A DNA stretch of 64,000 bases, from NCBI GenBank assembly GCA_950097015.1, contig CATNEN010000001.1, positions 17,670,001 to 17,734,000 on the forward strand, read 5' to 3'. This document shows positions 26,469 to 42,000 of the stretch, in pieces. Under the pieces are notes generated by a model that worked only from the letters and a program-made list of their open reading frames with translations, searched no databases and was not told the DNA's origin. The DNA is from Macrostomum hystrix. Taxonomy: Eukaryota > Animalia > Platyhelminthes. Both the position numbers and the translations under genes were made by a program. Positions within the stretch are counted from its first letter, which is position 1. Each line of letters opens with the position of its first letter.

Positions 26469-27245
26469 ATCATCATCAGGGACACCTAGAATACACCAGG
26501 ATGAGAACATCATCATCAGGGACACCTAGAATACACAAGGATGAGAACATCATCATCAGGGACACCTAGAATACACCAGGATGAGAACATCATCATCAGG
26601 GACACCTAGAATACACCAGGATGAGAACATCATCATCAGGGACACCTAGAATACACCAGGATGAGAACATCATCATCAGGGACACCTAGAATACACAAGG
26701 ATGAGAACATCATCATCAGGGACACCTAGAATACACCAGGATGAGAACATCATCATCAGGGACACCTAGAATACACCCGGATGAAAACATCATCATCAGG
26801 GACACCTAGAATACACCAGGATGAGAACATCATCATCAGGGACACCTAGAATACACCAGGATGAGAACATCATGATCAGGGACACCTAGAATACACAAGG
26901 ATGAGAACATCATCATCAGGGACACCTAGAATACACCAGGATGAGAACATTATCATCAGGGACACCTAGAATACACCAGGATGAGAACATCATCATCAGG
27001 GACACCTAGAATACACCAGGATGAGAACATCATGATCAGGGACACCTAGAATACACCAGGATGAGAACATCATCATCATGGACACCTAGAACATACCAGG
27101 ATGAGAACATCATCATCAGGGACACCTAGAATACACCAGGATGAGAACATCATCATCAGGGACACCTAGAATACACCAGGATGAGAACATCATCATCAGG
27201 GACACCTAGAATACACCAGGATGAGAACATCATCATCAGGGACAG
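26469..27245. repeat. 40-bp minisatellite (CATCATCATCAGGGACACCTAGAATACACCAGGATGAGAA)n filling the CCSER-like intron
   Basis: ~19 copies, period 40. Confidence 0.97.
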
Positions 27246-27304
27246 CTAAAGTGTATCAACACCAGTACTTGTTTTAGAAGTTTCAGAAGTATATAAAAGC
27301 ACAC

Positions 27305-28161
27305 CTGTATTTTTTTCCAGCCAAATTAGCACCGGTAGGCGGCATTCTCAACGAGAGCTGATTGGGTCGGCCCATATTTTCGCAGCCGCCATTGGCTGGG
27401 CTAGTTGGTTTTCGCTGATAATTCTCCGGATTAAAACTGCTACTAAGCTTTCTGGGCTCGCTAATGTAAGCGTTGCAATTGGCTTTAAAGTCTCGATAGG
27501 TGCCACCGTCGCTACTGTTCGTTGCAGTGGCGGACACTCCCGCAGTTATCGGGCATGGACTCGCTACGGTTGGCGATGCTCTGGGAGTGGTTGGAGTTGT
27601 AGCCTCTGGCGTGGCCGACGGTGCTAAACCAGCTGAGGTATTGGGAAAATAATCGATTGTGACAGATCGGGTGGGAATGGAACTGAATGCCGGCGTAGAC
27701 AATGTGGACTGATCGCGCTGATGAGCCAGGCTAATGTTTCTGTCTGTGTTTTGATCGCATTGCAAGCTGGTGGATAGATTATAGTCGCTGGCCACTGCGC
27801 GCTCTTCCACTTCCAACTCATAGCCAAACTGCGCCTGTTGGCCTGTTATTGGTTGCTGGCCTGCCAAACTTTGCTGACTTTTATTGGCATTATCTTTGCT
27901 TTCACTGCGTCGCCATGGAGATCGTATTAAACTAAGCGTTAGACTCTTGTACTGCCAGCGCCTCTGCTGCCTGCTAGGGCGGGACTGCACAGCTGCCAAG
28001 TCAGGCTCATCAGGTTTGGGATCAGCGCTGGCGGCATCATTGTTATTGTTATTGTTTCCCCTGTTCGACTCGGGCGCATTGTCATTACTGTTGCTGTTGT
28101 TATTGTTGCTTTGGCCTGGTAGTTTTCTTGACACGCAGGCTCGCATCAGTCGTTGCATCAT
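27305..28161 (-). CDS. CCSER/FAM190-like gene, first coding exon (low complexity, S/T/P/N-rich)
   Basis: ACCATGATG start, long ORF, donor CAG|GTGTGC in phase 2 matching the 26422 acceptor. Confidence 0.65.
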
Positions 28162-31100
28162 GGTGATTAATTTTATAAACGGGTGCTACAGACAGACTCT
28201 AGTTCCTCTTCACCTAGGCCTGAATGGCCACAATTACTTAATTTATGAGACTTTATATAAGACCACCAACTCCAATTTTGAGTTGCTGCTCATGAAATGT
28301 CAGAAAAAATGTTACATTTATAAGCTTTTATAAAAAATAACTATAATTAATTATGTCTGTGTAATTTAATGATAATATACTAACTATACAATATAGGAGA
28401 TTAAAAAAGTTCATTGGCCAAACTTAGATTTTGTGGCAATTATTGTGACACTCACTAAGCTATTTTAAATTCACTATTCACTAATTCACTAGTGTAGTCA
28501 CTATAGAAAAATTAATAACATACTTTGTCAAATGCTGGACTATAAGTAGGCCCATTTTATAAAATGTACATGTACAATCTATGACTATAACTACAAGAAA
28601 ACACAAAGTCAATATTTTAATAATTTTTGCACTTAAACAAAAAGTAGGACATTAACTAAAGCTTCTTTAAAAAATCTAGCCATGAAATTTGGCAAACTAA
28701 TTACATTGAATTGCTTGATTCTTATATTATATTGACAATAGCCACATAATAGGTATTATATGTCCAAAATGCTTTAATTACTTTTAATGTTTGAGCAATT
28801 TGCCATGCTGTCTTGAATTCAGTTTATCTGATACTATTGTGTATCAATGTAAAAAAACATTGCATTGGGTGTTTTATGTGAACTATATGTATGTAGGTCT
28901 ATTTTGACATGCCACCCTTAATTTGGAGAAGGCCCATAGCATCACGGAATGTGTATACTGTCTGTGAGAGAAGGGTTTATTATAGCTAAACTTTTTTATT
29001 TTCAGTTTACTAATTCTAGCTAGTTGCAAGTGAGACAGCACTTTGAAAGGGGCACTAGGAGAGGGCACTGGGAAGGACTACCAATATAGATGACCAAAAT
29101 TGGGAGCTTTAACACCAGCTTCTTACCTGGATCCACTCCTAGGGTAATGTATCATCAACTGAACAGTGTATCTTCAAAACTGAACAAGAATTTTGACTTC
29201 TTCCTTGGTCTTGTGCAAGACAGAAACAAGCTATTGTGTTTCACAGAACAACTAATTTGAAAGTTGAAGAAATTATCTACAAGCTGAGGCATGATGTGCA
29301 ATGAAGCATTAAGAGGAAAGAAAGATATTGATGTTTAGGTAGAAATTTTTATTGCAAAAGCATACTTTTTAACATTTTTTTAGTATGTACTTTAGACGAA
29401 GATTGTATGTGGTTGCTTGCCAATTAAATGACCATAAATGTAGTTATTTATAGAGCATGAAAAATGCTTTCAAATGACATAATTCATGATAGTTCACTCC
29501 TTAAAATAAGATTAAACCAAATTGTACTCAAATTGTAAAACCAAACATCAAATTCTCTGTTTGGTTTGAAGATACATGAAAATCATTGTTCGGTTGTAGA
29601 TAAAAAGCAGGAATAACTTTTTTCTATTTGATAAAACAGCAAAAGTAGATACTTTTTAGAAAGATGTAACTGCTTTCTATAACTTGGCTTTTGATTTATC
29701 ATCATATCTTAAATAGAAAATCTGTAGCTTAGGTTTGAAGTTAAAAAATACACATTCTTGTTTGGTTGATGATACATTAATACCGCTGTGCTCATCTTGA
29801 CCTTTTTGCTCTGGATAGGCCCCCTATTAACAAAAAACTATATGTACAGCCTACCAACATTAAAAAAATTAAAAAACAAATAATATAAACAAAAAAAATT
29901 ACACAAACTTTTCTGGGTAGTGACAATTGGTAGTGGTATAAATAAATAGCCTACATTATGTCTATAGACTACAGCAAGAAGAACTAACAAGTAACTACAT
30001 GGTCTTTTTAACAAGTCTTGAAGTATTTATTTTATTTTAATTACTGTTTATAGAACTTTTATTACTTTTTACTTTTTATAGCATACTATTATATCTCACT
30101 TGAGTTTGCTTGAATATATTACATATAGCCATATAGGGCTATTATTTGTGCCAATAAATACATAAGCTAGTAGGGCATACTATATAGTTCAGTAAAAAGC
30201 TACAATTCAGTGAATAAATGGCGCTGTTCACGCGTACCATGTGGGTTCTATCAAAAGGTATAAAATCTGCCTAGATTTTACACCAAGCAAGGCCGAGGCC
30301 AAAGCAAATTGGTTTACAATTCGATAATTCTAAAAAAGATGAACATTTCAGATTTCGTGCAATGTTATTTTAGTTTGGCTAAACAAAACGACTCTTGTAT
30401 TTCGAGGTAACCTATAACTACTTAAAAAAATTGAACCAACGGTTAATATAAAGTTAAAATTCTACTATAATATCGCTTAAAAACATCCGTTTGAAAAGGC
30501 AATTCACTTTACAGGAACAAAAAGTTGCAACCTTGGCTTTTTTTAATGGGTGTGTATAAAGCCAGGGCTCGGCTGGAGGTCAGTGGCATTAAAACAAAGT
30601 TTTTTTTATAGTTAGTCTAGCATTTAAAATAAAGAACCAAATTTGCAATATTGTCTCCATTGTACAAAAAATCTAAAAATTACACTCTTTGGTTATATTT
30701 TGACTTTTTAGATATTGTTACGAGAAAAAATTTAACTTCTTAGCTTACCGTAAGATTTAGCTAATGTTTTCTTTAACTAGAAGCACAATTAAGCACATCT
30801 GTTTCCGACTCTTTGATAATATCACGAAGGTGTCCTAAAACAGAAGCAGTGCTTGACTCTGTGCATAATTTTGTGTCCCAAGTCATCATTAATTAATTGT
30901 TTTATGTTCTTTAAAAGTCGAATTGCAGTTAAAAGTAACATTAAACGACAGTGAGACATATATAGTGATTTTATATGACGTTTATTTGTCGTCAGCTGTT
31001 ATTTTCAAAAGAAAAAATAATTTAACGAACGGAAGTAAAATATTGCCTGAAATTGTGCAAACAAAAAAATTTTAATTTTCATGGAGGCTTTTATTTAGTA

Positions 31101-31860
31101 TCAAAGTTAATTTGTAAACTTTGAAAAAATCGGTACAGTTGGACAGCTTAGTGCTAGAATAGTGTTAAGGATCTTAATTTATCAAATAAATTCATAAGGA
31201 AAAATGTAGCGAATGATATGGCTGTATTCCAGAAATTTTCTTGAAAAAAAATTCATATTGAACATTAGAAACATTATAGAACCTTAAGGAGCAGGTGGGT
31301 TGATTCACATCATAGAATCTTAGTGCAATAAAAACTTCAAGCCACAAGCCACATTTTATCACATTTTATACATTGTACATTTTATATACATTTTACATAT
31401 ACATTTATTATATTACATAAAATCACATAAAAATTACATTTACATTCTACAAATAGATGTTATAGGGCCTACATCATACTATATTATTATTAACAATAAA
31501 AAATTGTATGCATGAAACACAACTAGGCCTACCTTTTTGTCTTTTAATGTAGCCATATATTCAATAAGCTTAGCTTTTGTGTCTTATCTTAATTAACATT
31601 TAGTGTTAGGCCTACTACTTTTATCTAGCTAGCGGCCAGCTTCATGTATATTTACAGTATTGTAAAATAGCCCTAATGTGATCACGAACCAGACTCACCT
31701 CTGTTAATCTCTGCCATTAATGTCAAGATGCATTTAAAATCACCGTTTGCATGTTAATGTCTATGATTCTTAATTGTTCTACTGTGGTCTGTGTCAAGTA
31801 TTGTGTTCTGTTTGTCCTACTCCTCTGCATCGTTTTTACATCTACTTTTACAACCATCAC

Positions 31861-32230
31861 ATAATAATAATATAATAATTGCAGGAGGTACAAACAGTGT
31901 CCCATTATTTAGTGACACTAGACCTGCAGCCAGCAAGGAGGCAATTCTGCCCATTTTGCTGACTCCAGAACACTCATGCACAGCACGCATATGCAGGCAT
32001 ACACTCACATAGGCCTACATGTGTACATCTGTCCTGACTTTCTCATTGTTAGGAAGTGTCGGTACACTCACTCTGAGTTGGAGGTTGGCTCTCAAGGGAG
32101 TAAATTGCACAACAAGCCCCCAAGCCTTCTCTCAGTGGCTGCACCCTAAATAAATGTGGCCTTGCTATAGAATTGAACTTAGGGACCTTAGTGCAAAAGG
32201 CAAACACGTTTACTGCTTTGCCACCAACCC
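31861..32230 (-). mobile_element. Older, diverged copy of the tRNA-derived SINE
   Basis: Colinear with the other copies but with many CpG>TpG/CpA changes. (ATT)n tail at ~31861. Confidence 0.75.
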
Positions 32231-33015
32231 CCACCATGGTATTTCACTGTTATATAAAGCTCTGGCTACTGCCCCCTTCCCCCTTGGTTTGCTACTATGT
32301 GTGAGGTACCTGTGTCCATGGGACCAGATGGTGCAATGGGCAATTCCCACCTAGTTTGCTGGCCTGGGGCATGCCATTCCTGTGTTTGTGCATCAAGTGC
32401 CTCAGGCCCTCTGCAAATAAGTAAGTTATATAAAGCTCACAAATTTTAGTAACAAACTAGAAACTAATATGATTAGTTGGGAAGTGTCATCTCAAATAAA
32501 AAATCTAGTTAACTAATTTTTCTATGTTAATGTTGGAATAACTTTCTAAAAAAGTTTGAGGTTCTGACTCATTTTGTAATTATTCCAACTATATATAAAG
32601 CCTAGCCTAGCCTGGTTTGCTAACAAACAACCTAGGCCTAGTTAAAATGTTCCTAAAAGTGTGTTCTATAAAACAAAAGAAAACGGGTTCATATTTTTAG
32701 TATATTATTATTATGAGCAATAATTTTTTCATTTGCATATAATGCTTATAGACAATAACAACTAGATTTTAAATAATTTATTTGTCACTTTTGTCACTGG
32801 GCGTACTAGATTTACATTGATTATCAATTCAGTATGGTTTGTACTTTTAGTAGATTGTTCTTGTCTTTTATAATTAAGTGATCAATAAAAATAACCCTTA
32901 GTTGATCAATTTCCAGATTCTTTTCATGGGTCATGTTCTTGCTCATGCTCATATCAACTTTGAGCATCACATACACATTGAACTATCAGCATTGAAAAAC
33001 AGCAATAACTAGAAC

Positions 33016-36000
33016 ATGATCAGTGGAAAAATAATTCTTTGGCTTGCATGTTTCATTGGTCACTCAATGGGCAGTGACTTGTTGGCTTCTAAGCAGGCGA
33101 GTCCTAGCTCAGCCTACTCTTCGACTTCTTACACAGCTAGTGTGTTTGAAAACCTGCCAGCTGGTACATTTGTTGTTGACATGTCAATTTCATCAGCTGC
33201 TGGCACTTTTTATAGCATTGCACCTATTGAAGATGCTAGAAGTGCAAATATATTTCAAATAAACACCACTACAGGTGTGATAAAAACTAGCCAAACACTT
33301 GATCGGTGAGTTTGATATTCATGTGTCATATGGCTATCTCGATAATCCTCGTTTATGACTGAAACACAAACCCTTCTCTAAGCACTGAAATTAGAGAAGC
33401 GCTTCTCCAAGTACTTTTAGTGTCTCTAACTACTCAAATGCTTTTATAAGTACTCAAACGCTTCTCTAACTACTCAAGCATTTCTCTAACAAGCTAGGCG
33501 ATGATTTATGCTTTAATCTACTTTAAGTAATGACAAAACAGTTTTTTTTATTTGTAGCTATTTAAAATAAGTCTATAATATGTTTATTTAACTCCCCAAA
33601 AATTCATTGTGGCAGTGAGACAATGCCAGTGCACAAGCTGCTAGTAACAGCAGTCTATTTAATTGGTTCGGCTACAGCATCGGCTACGGCTAGCGTCACA
33701 ATCTCTGTGCTGGACGACAACGATTTCACTCCAGCCTTCACTCAGGCGGTGTACGCCACCTCCGTAGCAGAGAATCTTCCGGCCAATTCCTTTGTAGCCG
33801 CCGTGTTTGCCACAGACGCCGATGACGGCAACAACGCCATTGTTCGCTATTCTATTGAACTCTGCCTACCCGCTTTGGATTTTAGAATTGATCATAGCAA
33901 TGGACAAGTTGTCACTCTGAGGCCATTGGATCGAGAAACTATTGCCGAATATAATATCACACTGATGGCTAGGTAAGCTAAGAGCACACTGGGATTCATT
34001 TAGACTATTTAGATGACGAGTCATTTACCTACTAAAGTCTATACATAGTTACTCATTCTGTTTTCTCGACGGGGGTCACATTTTTTATAAAGGCCTAAAA
34101 TAATTTCTCAATCAACAGAGACTCAGCAATGCCTGTCAACAAGCAGCTGAGCTCAACCTGCCTGCTCAAAGTGTCCGTTCAAGATGTTAACGATCATTCG
34201 CCTGCACTGCCGGCTGTATACAATGTCAGCCTCAAGGAGAATGCGCTAGCCTCTGCGGCTGCTGCTACTTTGTATATTCTCACCGTCTATGGTGAGTCTA
34301 AGACTTCGAGACATTTGTTTGTGCATGGATGCTTGTTTTTTGCCTTGCTTTTTAAACAATTAACCGGTCCTTGTATTGTTCTTAAAAAGCTTATAAGTTC
34401 GGGTACTCAAAAACTAGTCATTTGTTTTCCTTCATGTTACTTATAATCATTTCTACTTGTTTCTAGGAAAATTGTCATTTAGCATAGTTTCTAGGAAACA
34501 AGTAATACTGAATGGTTTCTAGGAAACGGGTTATCCAGAATGGTTTCTAGGAAACTGATTTATCCGGAATGGTTTCTAAGAAACTGGTCATTCAGAATGT
34601 TTCTTGGAAACTGGTCATTCAGCATTGCTCCTAGGAAACTGGTCATTCTGAATGTTTCTTTAAAACTGGTCATTCAGCATTGCTTCTAGGAAACTGGTCA
34701 TTCAGCATTGCTCCTAGGAAACTGGTCATTCAGCATTGCTCCTAGGAAACTGGTCATTCAGCATTGCTCCTAGGAAACTGGTCATTCAGCATTGCTTCTA
34801 GGAAACTGGTCATTCAGCATTGCTCCTAGGAAACTGGTCATTCAGCATTGCTCCTAGGAAACTGGTCATTCTGAATGTTTCTTTAAAACTGGTCATTCAG
34901 CATTGCTTCTAGGAAACTGGTCATTCTGAATGTTTCTTTAAAACTGGTCATTCAGCATTGCTACTAGGAAACTGGTCATTCAGCATTGCTCCTAGGAAAC
35001 AGGTCATTCTGAATATTTCTTTAAAACTGGTCATTCAGCATTGCTTCTAGGAAACTGGTCATTCTGAATGTTTCTTTAAAACTGGTCATTCAGCATTGCT
35101 CCTAAGAAACTGGTCATTCTGAATGTTTCTTTAAAACTGGTCATTCAGCATTGCTCCTAGGAAACTGGTCATTCTGAATGTTTCTTTAAAACTGGTCATT
35201 CAGCATTGCTTCTAGGAAACTGGTCATTCAGAATGGATTTTAGGAAAATGGTCGTTCAGAATGGTTTCTAGGAAACTGGTCATTTAAAATTGTTTCTAGG
35301 AAACTGGTCATTCGGAATCGTTTCTGTGGAAAACTGATCGTAAATTTTTTTCTAGGCAACTTGCTTTTTAATCGGCTACCTGGCTACCTAATGCCGCTTA
35401 ATTTCTGTATAATTTCTAAGCTACTGCATTTTCCTCTAATCTCCCCCCCCAACTAAGCCGCGGATCCGGACTCAGGACCAAACGGCAATGTGACCTATTG
35501 GCTTGTATCTGGCAACGAAGCCAATCGATTTCGTCTCGACCCAATCAGCGGCAATCTCAGCCTGGTGGCACCGTTGGACTACGAGACCAGCCGCGGCTAC
35601 GTGCTACGGTTGCAGGCCTCGGATGCTGGCAGTCCGCCTAGAATCAGCACCAGTTCAGTTCTAGTCACCGTGCTAGATGTCAACGATGAGACGCCAACAT
35701 TTGAGCAGTCGTCCTATTCGTTCTCAGTGCCGGAGACGCAAATTATTGGTCAGAAATTTCTTCTGGTTCGAGCTGTCGATCACGACTCCGGCCTCAATGG
35801 TTTGGTGAGATATCGACTGCTGCACAATGGCAGCTTGCCTGGCACCGTACAATTTCCGTTTGTTGTTTCTGACGACGGCTGGCTATCTGCTATCGTCTCA
35901 TTGGATAGGGAGCAGGTGAGCTTTTGAAAACATTATCGAGTCTTTGTTTCTAACCTTTTCTCTAGTACCCTTCTTGTTACTCTTTGTTCTCATACTAATG

Positions 36001-39000
36001 TCAATGTCAATGTCAATACTTTAATATACTTTGTTCTCAAGAGCTCTTGTTAGTCTTTGTCTTCAAGAACTCTTAAATAGTCTTTGTTCTCAGCCTGTTC
36101 CTAGGATCCCAAGAACTCATGTGACTCTTTGATCTCAAACTATTTTCAATAGCAACTGTTAGTCTTTGTTCTCAAGTTTTTGACCCTTTGTTCTAAGCCT
36201 CTTTCCAGGAACTCTTTGTTAGTCTTTGTTCTAGACCTGTTCTAAGAACTTTTTGTTAGTATTTTTTCTTAAAATCCTCCAGGAACTCAAGTGAGTCTAT
36301 GGCTCCACTCCACCAACCCTTGCCGCAGGTGGGCTTCTATTATTTCTCAGTCGCGGCCTTCGACTCCGGCCAGCCGCCAAGGAGCGGCACCGCCTCAGTG
36401 ACGATCACCGTGATTGACGCCAACGATAACTCTCCGAACTTCACCCAGTCGGTGTATACCAGCGTGATAGCCGAGACTGCTCCTATTGGCAGTGTGATAC
36501 TCACCGTGCTGGCTACAGATCCCGATCTTGGCGAGAACGGTGCCGTTGTTTATTCCCTAGCGGCTGGACCTGACTCACCCGACGGTGTCTTTGCCATCTC
36601 AGCCAGCGCCAAGGCAGGTGTTGTTACACTGGCTGGCACAGTTAGCGCCACTGTTAAACCTGAGTACAGGTGCGAACCTTCCGGTTTCCTGTTTGGCTGT
36701 CATTTTAGTTTGTAGCTAGTCATAATAATAATACGGCCAAGAAGGCTGCGGCCAATGGCACATCATTTGGTGACACAGGACCCGCAGCCAGCGATGAGGC
36801 AATTCTCCTCATTTCGCTGACTCCTGAGTACACACTTACGCAGGTGTGTACATCTGCCCTGAATTTCCATCGTCAGGCAGCGTACACTCTCACTGTGTCT
36901 TGGAGGTTGGCCCTCAAAGGGCGTAAATGGCAATACAAGCCCCCAAGCCTTCTCTCCGCGGCTGCATCCCAAATGAATGTGGCCTCGCCGCGGAATCGAG
37001 CTCATGGACCTTGGTGCGAGAGGCAAACGTGTTAGACCGTCTTCCACTCACGCCCTATCTTGTCAAAATAAATATTTTGATTTTCTTGTCATTTGAATTG
37101 TCATCTAGCTAGTCATTTGAATTGTCATCTAGCCTGTCATTTGAATTGTCATCTAGCTTGTCATTTGAATTGTCATCTAGCTTGTCATTTGAATTTTCAT
37201 CTAGCTAGTCATTTGAATTGTCATCTAGCCTGTCATTTGAATTGTCATCTAGCTTGTCATTTGAATTGTCATCTGGCCTGTCATTTGAATTGTCATCTAG
37301 CTTGTCATTTGAATTGTCATCTAGCTTGTCATTTGAATTGTCATCTAGCTTGTCATTTGAATTGTCATTTAGCTTGTCATTTGAATTGTCATCTAGCTTG
37401 TCATTTGAATTGTCATCTAGCTTGTCATTTGAATTGTCATCTAGCTGCTTGTCATTTGAATTGTCATCTAGCTGCTTGTCATTTGAATTGTCATCTAGCT
37501 GCTTGTCATTTGAATTGTCATCTAGCTTGTCATTTGAATTGTCATCTAGCTTATCATTTGAATTGTCATCTAGCTGCTTGTCATTTGAATTGTCATCTAG
37601 CTTGTCATTTGAATTGTCATCTAGCCTGTCATTTGAATTGTCATCTAGCCTGTCATTTGAATTGTCATCTAGCTTGTCATTTGAATTGTCATATAGCTTG
37701 TCATTTGAATTGTCATCTAGCTTGTCATTTGAATTGTCATCTAGCTTGTCATTTGAATTGTCATCTAGCTTGTCATTTGAATTGTCATCTAGCTTGTCAT
37801 TTGAATTGTCATCTAGCTGCTTGTCATTTGAATTGTCATCTAGCTTGTCATTTGAATTGTCATCTAGCTGCTTGTCATTTGAATTGTCATCTAGCTTGTC
37901 ATTTGAATTGTCATCTAGCTTGTCATTTGAATTGTCATCTAGCTTGTCATTTGAATTGTCATCTAGCCTGTCATTTGAATTCTCATCTAGCTTGTCATTT
38001 GAATTGTCATCTAGCTGCTTGTCATTTGAATTGTCATCTAGCTGCTTGTCATTTGAATTGTCATCTAGCCTGTCATTTGAATTGTCATCTAGCCTGTCAT
38101 TTGAATTGTCATCTAGCCTGTCATTTGAATTGTCATCTAGCCTGTCATTTGAATTGTCATCTAGCTTGTCATTTAAATTGTCACTAGTTCGCGCTAAATA
38201 CTTGACTTACATTTTGTCAGTCCTAGAATCACCCACTCACCAATGTCTACCAACATTGCGCAGTCTGTCATTGCGAGGCTGCGACATGGGCCAGCCGCCC
38301 AGGTGTTCCACAGCCCAGCTGCGGGTCAGCGTCACTCCTGAGAATCGGGCAGCTCCCATATTCTCGGCGCCTCCTGGTGGCTATCGATTCCAGGTACTGG
38401 AGAATGCTACTAGTGGCCGGCTGGTTGGGCAGGTGGTTGCTAGGGACGCTGACTCTGGTTTCAACGGCCTGGTGAGGTACAGCCTGCTGGCTGGCGGAGC
38501 TGCTGGTCCGTTTGTCATGGACTCCGAGAGCGGCGCCCTGACTGTAGCCAGAGATGGAGCTCTGGATAGGTGAGCTCGAAGTATTTGCTTGCACACCTGC
38601 AGTAATTTTTGCTGGTCATTTGAACTATTTGTGTTCATTAGAACTCATTTTTAATCCTTGGTACTTATTGTTGGTCATTAGAACTCATTCTTGATCATTT
38701 GGAATTCATTCTTGGTCATTTGAAATCATTCTTGATCATTTGGAATTCATTCTTGGTCATTTGAAATCATTCTTGATCATTTGGAATTCATTCTTGGTCA
38801 TTTGAAATCATTCTTGATCATTTGGAATTCATTCTTGGTCATTTGAAATCATTCTTGATCATTTGGAATTCATTCTTGGTCATTTGAACTCATTATTGAT
38901 CATTTGGAATTCATTCTTGGTCATTTGAAATCATTCTTGATCATTTGGAATTCATTCTTGGTCATTTGAACTCATTCTTGATCATTTGGAATTTATTCTT

Positions 39001-42000
39001 GGTCATTTGAACTCATTCTTGGTCATGTGAACTCATTCTTGGTCATTTGAACTCATTCTTGGTCATTTGAACTCATTCTTGGTCATTTGAACTCATTCTT
39101 GGTCATGTGAACTCATTCTTGGTCATTTGAACTCATTCTTGGTCATGTGAACTCATTCTTGGTCATGTGAACTCATTCTTGGTCATTTGAACTCATTCTT
39201 GGTAATTTTGAATTCATTCTTGGTCATCGGAACTCATTCTTGGTCATTTGAACTCATTCTTGGTCATTTGAACTCATCGTTTGGTCATTTAACCTCTTTA
39301 CTTAGTCATTAACTAATAATTTAGTCATTAGCTCACCTAGACTTGACTTTTATCGGCAATTTTATACTTGTAAAATTAGTTGAATTAATTGTTCATAAGC
39401 TCATATCCGTATTTTTACATTGCTTGCAATCACATCGCCGTGTTCTAGAGAGTCGCAGGCGGTCTATTACCTCACAGCCGTGGCCTCTGATTCCGGTAAT
39501 CCTTCGAAGTCAGCCACCACGGACATCCAGGTTGACGTTGCGGACGTTAACGATGTGACGCCGATGTTTCCGCGTGGGGACTCCAGCGTCAGCGTCAATA
39601 TTAGCGAGAGTGCGCCTATTGGCTATCCGGTTGCTAGGCTGGTTGCTACGGACGCTGATGCCGGATTGAATGGCCAAGTTAGTTACTTTCTGGCTAACGA
39701 TAGCGGCGATGGTCACTTAAGTGATTTTTCCATCAATGCCGCTTCCGGCCTAGTAACGGTTGCTAAGGCACTGGATCGGGAGTCTAGGCCATATTATACG
39801 CTCTATGTGGTTGCTAAGGACGCTGGCTGGCCACCATTGTCGTCTAGCGGCACAATCAGGGTCCGACTAATTGACGTTAACGACTCGCCGCCCCGGTGGC
39901 CTGATGCAACCAACTCATTCAACCTAGCTGAGAACTCCCCGCCTGGTAGCGTCATTGGCAACCTAGTTGCTACGGACGCGGACGAAGGTGATAATGCGAG
40001 GTTGTTGTTTCGGTTGCTATCCGTGACAGCGTCTGATGGTAGCAACTTCGGCGTTGAGGCGTTCTCGTTGACACAGGTAAGAACTACTCAGTCTGTTGAT
40101 TTGGTGGACTAAGTACTCGTAATACTCAGTCTGTAGATTGGGCACATTGTGGGTAATACTCAGTCTGTAGATTGGGCACATTGTGGGTAATACTCAGTCT
40201 GTAGATTGGGCACATTGTGGGTAATACTCAGTCTGTAGATTGGGCACATTGTGGGTAATGGTCAGTCTGTAGATTGGGCACATTGCGGGTAATACTCAGT
40301 CTGTAGATTGGGCACATTGTGGGTAATACTCAGTCTGTAGATTGGGCACATTGTGGGTAATACTCAGTCTGTAGATTGGGCACATTGTGGGTAATGGTCA
40401 GTCTGTAGATTGGGCACATTGTGGGTAATACTCAGTCTGTAGATTGGGCACATTGTGGGTAATACTCAGTCTGTAGATTGGGCACATTGTGGGTAATACT
40501 CAGTCTGTAGATTGGGCACATTGTGGGTAATGGTCAGTCTGTAGATTGGGCACATTGTGGGTAATACTCAGTCTGTAGATTGGGCACATTGTGGGTAATA
40601 CTCAGTCTGTAGATTGGGCACATTGTGGGTAATACTCAGTCTGTAGATTGGGCACATTGTGGGTAATACTCAGTCTGTAGATTGGGCACATTGTGGGTAA
40701 TGGTCAGTCTGTAGATTGGGCACATTGCGGGTAATACTCAGTCTGTAGATTGGGCACATTGTGGGTAATACTCAGTCTGTAGATTGGGCACATTGTGGGT
40801 AATACTCAGTCTGTAGATTGGGCACATTGTGGGTAATGGTCAGTCTGTAGATTGGGCACATTGTGGGTAATACTCAGTCTGTAGATTGGGCACATTGTGG
40901 GTAATACTCAGTCTGTAGATTGGGCACATTGTGGGTAATACTCAGTCTGTAGATTGGGCACATTGTGGGTAATGGTCAGTCTGTAGATTGGGCACATTGT
41001 GGGTAATACTCAGTCTGTAGATTGGGCACATTGTGGGTAATACTCAGTCTGTAGATTGGGCACATTGTGGGTAATACTCAGTCTGTAGATTGGGCACATT
41101 GTGGGTAATGGTCAGTCTGTAGATTGGGCACATTGCGGGTAATACTCAGTCTGTAGATTGGGCACATTGTGGGTAATACTCAGTCTGTAGATTGGGCACA
41201 TTGTGGGTAATACTCAGTCTGTAGATTGGGCACATTGTGGGTAATGGTCAGTCTGTAGATTGGGCACATTGTGGGTAATACTCAGTCTGTAGATTGGGCA
41301 CATTGTGGGTAATACTCAGTCTGTAGATTGGGCACATTGTGGGTAATGGTCAGTCTGTAGATTGGGCACATTGCGGGTAATACTCAGTCTGTAGATTGGG
41401 CACATTGTGGGTAATACTCAGTCTGTAGATTGGGCACATTGTGGGTAATGGTCAGTCTGTAGATTGGGCACATTGTGGGTAATACTCAGTCTGTAGATTG
41501 GGCACATTGCGGGTAATGGTCAGTCTGTAGATTGGGCACATTGTGGGTAATACTCAGTCTGTAGATTGGGTACATTGTGGGTAATGGTTAGTCTGTAGAT
41601 TGGGTACATTGTGGGTAATGGTTAGTCTGTAGATTGGGTACATTGTGGGTAATGGTTAGTCTGTAGATTGGGTACATTGTGGGTAATGGTTAGTCTGTAG
41701 ATTGGGCACATTGTGGGTAATGGTCAGTCTGTAGATTGGGTACATTGTGGGTAATGGTTAGTCTGTAGATTGGGTACATTGTGGGTAATGGTTAGTCTGT
41801 AGATTGGGCACATTGCGGGTAATACTCAGTCTGTAGATTGGGCACATTGTGGGTAATACTCAGTCTGTAGATTGGGCACATTGTGGGTAATACTCAGTCT
41901 GTAGATTGGGCACATTGTGGGTAATGGTCAGTCTGTAGATTGGGCACATTGTGGGTAATACTCAGTCTGTATATTGGGCACATTGTGGGTAATACTCAGT

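Noticed and set aside
37093-38260. NCHLACHL / SSSLSFEL repeat ORFs fused to a cadherin exon
   Set aside because: Intronic 24-bp array; the real exon starts at the acceptor 38263/38264.
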